Assembly: GCA_965203465.1 (NCBI GenBank)
Contig: CBDBCR010000003.1
Coordinates: 128,001 to 192,000, forward strand
Source: Nitrosopumilaceae archaeon
Lineage (GTDB): Archaea > Thermoproteota > Nitrososphaeria > Nitrososphaerales > Nitrosopumilaceae
Reading direction: 5' to 3'
DNA length: 64,000 nt
The translations under genes were made by a program, and so were the position numbers. The notes beneath the pieces are model-generated. The model was given only the letters and a program-made list of their open reading frames with translations. It was not told the DNA's origin and searched no databases. Positions 57,428-64,000 of the stretch are shown here, in pieces. Positions within the stretch are counted from its first letter, which is position 1, and each line of letters opens with the position of its first letter.

Positions 57428-60400
57428 TCAGTCCTGCCCGTTGATGCCCGGGTACCCGAACAGTTCCTCGAACAGAAGGGCCGCCCTTGCCTGCTCCGCC
57501 AGCACGGCCTCGCGGAGGCGCCGCTCGTCGGCCTCCAGGTCGGGCAGCTGCGGGGCCGGCGCCGGCGCGTCCGGCTCCGGTGCCGGCATCATGGAATCGA
57601 GCACCTTTTGGGCGGCCATCACCTGCGCGTACAGGTGGTCGCGGAACTCCGGGTCGCCGCGGTCGTAGCCCTGCTTGGGGATGCCGTCGTAGATGTACAT
57701 GGACTCGTCGATGTCGTGGTACAGCCGCGACTGGTTGTACAGCGGCAGGTACTCGCCTTCCGGCGAGAGCTTGAACAGGTGCCCGTCGCCGTCGACGAGC
57801 ACGTCCTCGCCCGACGACACGCGGTACAGCAGCATCCCGTCCACCTCGATCCCCGGCTGCGGGTCCATCGGCTCGCCCGATACCCGTATGCCGTGGTTGT
57901 AGTAGTTTTGCCACGAGTTCCTCTCCCTGTCCCAGACGTCGGTCCCCACGATGTCGAACTCGAGCGGCGCCCGGAACGTGTGGGTTATGGTAACGGAGAG
58001 GCACTCGAGCGAAGATCCCGCCGAGCATTCCACCACGTCGTGCGAGGCGGACAGCGTGTCCAGGTCGATGGCGCCGTCCGGATCTATCACGGAGACGGCG
58101 CCGGTCCCGTCGAACGAAATGTCGTAGTTTACGACCGCCCTGCTCTCCGATATGACCTCGCCGGAGCGCAGCCCGAAGGCCAGCGAGACGTGCTCTACGT
58201 TGCCCGGCCCCTGGTTTTCGTACATCTTTAGCACCACGGTGTTTTGCTTGCCGACTTCGGATTCGATCAGCGGGTACGGGGTGAAAAAGTACGCCACGTC
58301 GGACGACAGTCCGTTGTACGCAAAGCCGCCGTCGACGAGTTTGGCGCCGTACTCGTCGTAGCCGAGCGTCGGCGGGGTGCAGTCGTCGCACTCCGAGCCG
58401 CCGCTCGGCGGCAGCGCGGGCCCGGTCCCCCATGCCGAAAAGTGGCTGGTCCAGACAGTCGAGCTCTCCCGCACGTAGCACGAGCCCGCGTCGGTCCCGT
58501 CCTGCCCCTCGAGGGAGGCCAGGTGCCCGGCAGCCTCGGCGTGCGTCGAAGAGCCGGTCAGATCCTCGGGGCACTCTTGTACAGCGAGGGTCTGCCCGCC
58601 GGTCACCACGAAGACCAGCTCCTGGAGCGGCGTCGAAAACTCTATGCGGGCAGGCAGCGACAGCTCGACGCGCCCGGCCGGATCGCCCACCTCCACGAGG
58701 GTCGCCGACTGCGAGGTGTCCAGCCTGTACGAGAACGCGTAGTCGTCGGACGGCACGGTGGAACTGGACGCCGACATAGGCAGCGTCTGATCCGCGGGCA
58801 GCCCGCCCACCTGCAGGCCGGCGGGCAATACGACGGTGGCAGAGGCGAACATGACGGTCAGCCCGGAGCTGAACTCGGCGGTCTGCCCTCCGGCCGAGGC
58901 CACGCTGGCGGCCGGCGAGGCCGGATCGGGCAGCAGCGAGGCGTCGATGGCCACCGGCTGCCGGGCCACGACGGTGCTTACGATCGAGTCGGGCGGCAGC
59001 ACCAGCTCCGTGCGACCGTCCCTGGCCGTGTCGCGCAATACGACCGCCCCGTCGCGCGCGTCCGCCGGGACAAGCGACTTTGCGCCGCCGTTGAGCAGCG
59101 CGTTGCCCACCCTGTCGGTGACCCCGGAGACTTGGAAGTCGATGCGGGTGCTGGACATCAGCTCGGCGTCGCTCTGGGCCAGCATGGCGAGTACAGAGGC
59201 GGTGCCCGAGCCGTGCACCGAAGAGGCTGCCGGCACCGAAGAGGCGCCGTACTCGAAGAGCGTATAGTCCGCAGCCGCGGTCACCACCGGCTCGGAGTAA
59301 AAGAGCGCTACGGAGCGCTGGCCGACAAGCGATATCTGATCTAGCTGCGGGGCCGTGTTGTCCACCAGGACGTTGGGGCCGGTCAGCCTCTCCTCTCCGA
59401 AGGTGACTGGCACCCCGTCGATCATCACCTCTATGCTGATGTCCAGCGGGCCGTCGGGGTCGGTCCCGCAGGCGGCCCACTCTGCGGCGAACTGCTTGGC
59501 CGGCGGGGTCGTCTCTTCGACCGAGCTTTCCGGGTTGGGGAGCGGGGGCTGCAGGGACGCGCTCCTGCCGTTTATCAGTACGTCGAACTCGCCCATGGTG
59601 AACGTCTCTTCGGCCCGGAACGAAATGTCCACCAAGGTCCTGGGCCTGTCCCCCTCCGGGACGCACACGCCCTCCCCGGATGTCAGGACGCGCTGGCCGC
59701 CCTGCAGCACCAGGGTGCCGGTCGGCTCGTAAGAGTCCCCGCCCGTGGCCATGCCCGAGGGGTGGCGCGAAGTCACCGTGAACTCCGTGACGGTCAGCGG
59801 CACCTCGTACTTTGGTATCGGTACGGCCTGCCCGCCGCGCACCTGCAAGAGCTGGAACTCGGTGCCGGCCAAGTCCCCGTTGATATCGAGCGTGGTGTCC
59901 CCTATCAGGCCCGCGTGCCCGCGCGCGGCCGCCGGGATGTTTTCCAGCAGGGCAGAGGCGGCCGCCGAGTCGCCGAGCAGCACCGCCCTGCCCATCAGGT
60001 GGACCGAATCGTAGGCGGCGTACGTATAGATGCCAAAGTCGCGGTGCCCGTCGGGCAGCCTGGCAGATATCTCGCGCGTGACGCGATCGAACTGCGGGTG
60101 GTCGCGGTCGAACACGGCGTCCACGCTCGTGTACCGAACCTGCGAGGCAAAGTCGCGCACCTGGTCCGTGTGGGACAGTATGGTGTCCAGTATCGACGTG
60201 CCGAACCACTGCGAGGTGCCCAGCGCGGCCGCCCCCGGCGGGGCGCCCGGCGCGGACGAGGCCGCGTCGGCGGCGGCCATTATTTCGACCGTGTCGGTGC
60301 TGAAATCGAACAAGAGGACGGCCGAGTCCGAGGCCACGTGCGTGGCGGACATCTGCGATACGAGCGCCGCCGAATCGAGCGGGGCCCCGTCGGTCGACGA

Positions 60401-63400
60401 GACGAACGGCACCAGCGCCGTGGTGTAGCCCGAGCCCAGATCGAATCTTGACTTTACGGATTCGGCCAGGCCTCTCCCCCACGCGTCGTCCCTGTACGCT
60501 ATGGTGGCGTGCTTTATGCCCGCGTTGAGCAGCTGCTCCGCGATGAACGGGCCCATGAGCGTGTCGGGCGGTATCAGCCTGAATATGCCGTCCTGCTTTG
60601 CCAGCGAGGCGGCAGTCGAGCCGTAGCTGAGGACGGTCACGCCGTTGGCCGCCGCATAGTCCTGCACGCGCGTCACGCCGCCCGACGTGGCCGGGCCGAT
60701 TACCGCCTTTATGCCCGCCGAGTTTAGGTCGCTCAGCCGCGCCAGCGCCGTGTCCGGCTCGGCCCGCGAATCGCGTATGTCCAGCGAGACGCGCCAGTCC
60801 GAGTCGGTCTGCTCGAGGCGCTCGTTGAGGTCTTTCACCCCGACCTGCATGGCGGCTTCCCAGTGCTCGCCGAGCGACGAGACCGGGCCGGTCAGCGGCA
60901 CGAGCGCGCCGATCGTGACCGTGTGCAAGTCGCCAAGGCCCGCCGTCTCCGTAAGGTCCAGGACGGTCAGCCCGCCGCGCGTGTTGTTCAGGCCGGTCAC
61001 CGCCGCGTTGGACGAGGCGACGGCCGCGTACAGCCGCCCGTCGACGGTCCTGAGCGAGACGCCCAGCGGGTCGTCCAGGCCGACGCGCTCGCCGGCCGGA
61101 TCGTTGTGGCCGTCGCGCGCGTACGCGAGGCGCTGCGGCGACGCGGGATCCGTGACGTCTATCAGAAACAGCCCGTCGGGCTGATCGACCGTGGCGGCCA
61201 GCACGGTGCGCCCGCCGGCCTCGGACACGTCGATCCGCTCTATGCTGTCGAAGGACGCCAGCGGGTGGCCGTCCAGGTACGGGCCGATGACGCCGGCCGA
61301 GCGGGGCGCGGACGGATCCTTCAGGTTCACTATCTGGATGAATTCGCCGCTGTATTCGTCAGGGTCGTCGCTGGCCACTATGGCCGCGTGCGGCACGCCG
61401 CCCAGCTCGAATGCGAGCACCTGCCCGGGCGAGTAGATGTCGCCGAACGCGCGCCCGTCCCTGTCCAGCAGGCCCGGCGTTATGGAGGCCGCGCGCTTTG
61501 GATTCGCAGGATCCGAAAGATCCAGTATCTGGACGGAGCCCTCGCCGTCGTTGCCGTAATACCAGTCGTCCAAGGAAGATACCACCGCGTACGTCGAGCC
61601 GCCGGACTCGAAGGTGTCTATGCCGACCGGGTTGTACAGCGAATCGAAGAGGCGGCCGTCGGCGTCCCTCTCGCCGGCCACGGCGAACGATATCTGCCGG
61701 ATGGCGGCCGGATTTGAAATGTCCAGTATCGTCACGGCGCCCTGGTACTGGCTGTAGGTTCCGCCGTACTGCGAGGCGAACGCGACGTAGGTCTTGCCGC
61801 CGGTCTCAAAGACGGCCAGGTCCGAGATTGTCAGCAGCGCGTCGATGTTGGTGGCCCAGGCGCCGTTGTTGACCGAGTACCCGCTGTTGGGGTTGCCCGG
61901 ATCCGTAATGTCCACCATCTGGAACCCGCCCACCTGGTACGGGGCGCCCGGCGAGACCGCGACGGCGTACGTGCGGTCGCCTATCTTGACTATCTCTACG
62001 GCGTCGGTCCCGTCCAGCTCGGCCAGCCGGCGCAGCGGGTCGGCGGCAAGGTCGGTCGTCGGCGTGATGCAGTGCAACTGCTGCCCGGTGTACTGGTTGG
62101 GATCGGCGCAGCCGTACATCGGCGAGCGGCCGTCGGCCATGTAAGATACCGAGCGCGGAGAGTACGGATCCGAAATGTCCACTATCTGCAGGCCGTTGTC
62201 GTCCGCCGATGCCACCACGGCGAACGTGCCGGCAGAGCCGCGCAGGCTGACCGTCTCGGGCGGGGTGTCCGGCGAGCCTATCCTGCCGGACAGGTGCGCC
62301 ATCTCGGTGGCCGGATCGTAGCGCACGGTACTCCACGTGCCCGAATACAGGGTGCGCGCCAGCTCTTCGCCGTCCACCGCGTACACGTCCACGTCGGCCG
62401 CGCCGCCCAGGCTGTGGTAGCGCGTTATCGACGGTATGTTGAAGACGTAGCCCGGATCGAAGTTTTTGACGGTCCTGTACGGATCGCCGGGCGATACCGG
62501 GCGGCCGGACGCCTGCCCGTCCGTTATGGCCGAGGCGAGCACCGCGGCCGTGTCCACGGGCGCGTACGCAGAGCGCGCCGAGATCTGCACGGACTGGGCG
62601 GCCACGGCGCGATCGTGAAAGTCCTGCACGTCCCCGGGCGCGTACGACAGCGACTGGCCCGACATGACCGGGTCGCGGAACGTGACGTACGCCGAGATCA
62701 CCGCGGTCGGATCCAAATATTCGGTGGTCCAGCTGGCGGGCACCGGCCACAGCAGGGCGGGCCAGTCGGGGCGCGGCGGGGGCGGTATGTCCTGGGTTAT
62801 CACGCGCTCTTGTGGCACCCGCACGGATATAGCTCCGCTGCCGCCGGCCGACCAGGCCTCGGCCGAGCCGGCGCCGGTCATGGGCATGTTGAAGTATATG
62901 CGCACGGTGTGCGGCGAGACCGACTCTGCGGACATTATCGCGGGCAGCACCGACGGGTCGGGCGTGTCGGATATCTCCAGCGCGACCGGATCGACGCTCA
63001 AGTCGGACAGGTCCTCCACGGCGCTCCGCTCGAAGCGCAGGTGCGGGGCCGCGTACACGGCGCCGGCCTGCGCGAGCGTCTCTGAAAGCTGTACCGTGAT
63101 ACGGGCGTCAGAATCTCCCGACGACGTAATCTGCGAGCCTGTCAGCGCGGTGCCTCCCGTCGTAAAGGAACCGTCGGCCATGAAGATCTTTGCCAAGTCG
63201 GCAGAATCCTTGACCCACTCGTCGAAGGTAAGCGTCAGCACCCCCGAGGCCTCGTCCAGCTCTGCAGAAGATATCGACGGCCGCACGGCGTCGGGCGTGT
63301 CCGTGATTTCGGCCGTCGCGGCCGCTACGGGCAGATCCGAAAGGTCCCGCACCGCGCCCGCGTCCAGGCGCACGTACGGCGTCGTATAGCCGATGGCCGA

Positions 63401-64000
63401 CTGCCGCAGGGCCTCGCTCAATTTTACGGTGATGTAGTCGTCCGTGTCCGTCTCGGATGTCACCTCGGATCCTGTCAGCGCGGCGCCGCCCGTTCCCTGG
63501 CCGTCGCGTATGAAGATCTTCGCCAGGTCGACGCCGGCGCCGTCCTTTACGGACTCGTCGAACGCCAGCGCCAATATGCCGGTGCTCTCGTCGAGGGACG
63601 GCCCGCCGTGGCCTGGCGCTACGCGACAGAAGACGCTTCGGTCAACGTTGCTGCTGCAAAGATCGCCGAGTGACATCCTGTTTTGGCCGGACGTTATGAG
63701 CCGCGGGCCGGTCGAGTCTAAATTCTGGGTGACGTCGGTGCCGGCCGCGTCGGCCGCGATAGGGACTAGGTTGGCGTCCTCTATGCCCCCGGCGGCGATG
63801 TACAGGTACGGATCCGACAGGGCGATGGCGTCCCGCCTGCTGGCCTCGGACATCTCGAACTCGAACGTGGAGCCGTCAGACTGGCCGGGCTTTATCTCCG
63901 CGTCGGACAGGGTGACCTCGCCTGCCGAGCCGTCGGCCGCGCCGGAGCCCTCGCGCAGCTCAAAGTCGGCGCCGTTTGCGCTCGAGATGTCCACGTCCTC
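57428..64000 (-). CDS. Giant multidomain surface protein (>2188 aa, 5' end outside window)
   Basis: Frame open to window edge; repeated about 105-aa Ig-like modules, LVIVD-like propeller repeats (LQIVDISDP), type-1 periplasmic-binding domain (IGALVPLTG...VIGPATS...YAAYDSV), C-terminal CDDCTPPTLG module. Confidence 0.85.
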   Translation of the reverse strand, partial: EDVDISSANGADFELREGSGAADGSAGEVTLSDAEIKPGQSDGSTFEFEMSEASRRDAIALSDPYLYIAAGGIEDANLVPIAADAAGTDVTQNLDSTGPRLITSGQNRMSLGDLCSSNVDRSVFCRVAPGHGGPSLDESTGILALAFDESVKDGAGVDLAKIFIRDGQGTGGAALTGSEVTSETDTDDYITVKLSEALRQSAIGYTTPYVRLDAGAVRDLSDLPVAAATAEITDTPDAVRPSISSAELDEASGVLTLTFDEWVKDSADLAKIFMADGSFTTGGTALTGSQITSSGDSDARITVQLSETLAQAGAVYAAPHLRFERSAVEDLSDLSVDPVALEISDTPDPSVLPAIMSAESVSPHTVRIYFNMPMTGAGSAEAWSAGGSGAISVRVPQERVITQDIPPPPRPDWPALLWPVPASWTTEYLDPTAVISAYVTFRDPVMSGQSLSYAPGDVQDFHDRAVAAQSVQISARSAYAPVDTAAVLASAITDGQASGRPVSPGDPYRTVKNFDPGYVFNIPSITRYHSLGGAADVDVYAVDGEELARTLYSGTWSTVRYDPATEMAHLSGRIGSPDTPPETVSLRGSAGTFAVVASADDNGLQIVDISDPYSPRSVSYMADGRSPMYGCADPNQYTGQQLHCITPTTDLAADPLRRLAELDGTDAVEIVKIGDRTYAVAVSPGAPYQVGGFQMVDITDPGNPNSGYSVNNGAWATNIDALLTISDLAVFETGGKTYVAFASQYGGTYSQYQGAVTILDISNPAAIRQISFAVAGERDADGRLFDSLYNPVGIDTFESGGSTYAVVSSLDDWYYGNDGEGSVQILDLSDPANPKRAASITPGLLDRDGRAFGDIYSPGQVLAFELGGVPHAAIVASDDPDEYSGEFIQIVNLKDPSAPRSAGVIGPYLDGHPLASFDSIERIDVSEAGGRTVLAATVDQPDGLFLIDVTDPASPQRLAYARDGHNDPAGERVGLDDPLGVSLRTVDGRLYAAVASSNAAVTGLNNTRGGLTVLDLTETAGLGDLHTVTIGALVPLTGPVSSLGEHWEAAMQVGVKDLNERLEQTDSDWRVSLDIRDSRAEPDTALARLSDLNSAGIKAVIGPATSGGVTRVQDYAAANGVTVLSYGSTAASLAKQDGIFRLIPPDTLMGPFIAEQLLNAGIKHATIAYRDDAWGRGLAESVKSRFDLGSGYTTALVPFVSSTDGAPLDSAALVSQMSATHVASDSAVLLFDFSTDTVEIMAAADAASSAPGAPPGAAALGTSQWFGTSILDTILSHTDQVRDFASQVRYTSVDAVFDRDHPQFDRVTREISARLPDGHRDFGIYTYAAYDSVHLMGRAVLLGDSAAASALLENIPAAARGHAGLIGDTTLDINGDLAGTEFQLLQVRGGQAVPIPKYEVPLTVTEFTVTSRHPSGMATGGDSYEPTGTLVLQGGQRVLTSGEGVCVPEGDRPRTLVDISFRAEETFTMGEFDVLINGRSASLQPPLPNPESSVEETTPPAKQFAAEWAACGTDPDGPLDISIEVMIDGVPVTFGEERLTGPNVLVDNTAPQLDQISLVGQRSVALFYSEPVVTAAADYTLFEYGASSVPAASSVHGSGTASVLAMLAQSDAELMSSTRIDFQVSGVTDRVGNALLNGGAKSLVPADARDGAVVLRDTARDGRTELVLPPDSIVSTVVARQPVAIDASLLPDPASPAASVASAGGQTAEFSSGLTVMFASATVVLPAGLQVGGLPADQTLPMSASSSTVPSDDYAFSYRLDTSQSATLVEVGDPAGRVELSLPARIEFSTPLQELVFVVTGGQTLAVQECPEDLTGSSTHAEAAGHLASLEGQDGTDAGSCYVRESSTVWTSHFSAWGTGPALPPSGGSECDDCTPPTLGYDEYGAKLVDGGFAYNGLSSDVAYFFTPYPLIESEVGKQNTVVLKMYENQGPGNVEHVSLAFGLRSGEVISESRAVVNYDISFDGTGAVSVIDPDGAIDLDTLSASHDVVECSAGSSLECLSVTITHTFRAPLEFDIVGTDVWDRERNSWQNYYNHGIRVSGEPMDPQPGIEVDGMLLYRVSSGEDVLVDGDGHLFKLSPEGEYLPLYNQSRLYHDIDESMYIYDGIPKQGYDRGDPEFRDHLYAQVMAAQKVLDSMMPAPEPDAPAPAPQLPDLEADERRLREAVLAEQARAALLFEELFGYPGINGQD

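Overview
A 64-kb segment of a very GC-rich archaeal chromosome. Gene content (cdc48, aEF-1beta, rtcB, uS11 with an acidic N-terminal extension, eS30, pdaD, C-terminal 'PSWIK.NA..W' surface repeats) points to a Nitrososphaerota (Nitrosopumilaceae/Cenarchaeum-like) ammonia-oxidiser lineage. The giant surface protein, the NHL/RTX protein and the IS load suggest a host-associated symbiont (inference). The backbone carries cyoE, cdc48-EF1b, rtcB, rps11, a DEAD-box helicase, tRNA-Thr(TGT), pstCAB-phoU (no pstS), heme/siroheme genes (no hemB), sufBD-Rieske-sufSU (no sufC), pgk and rps30e. Accessory content: four complete IS elements with readable terminal inverted repeats (TIRs) and target-site duplications (TSDs) (IS5, IS630, two IS66), an 80-bp IS630-derived MITE, a methyltransferase-HNH fusion island, an ATPase + putative PD-(D/E)xK nuclease pair, a RelE-type toxin-antitoxin pair and an sxtK/J/I-like carbamoyltransferase trio. 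The most striking candidate new system is a lower-GC, translationally coupled three-gene operon between hemA and hemL, encoding a COMMD-like protein, a DUF5678-like protein and a retropepsin-like aspartic protease. All assignments are by eye from motifs; no searches were run.
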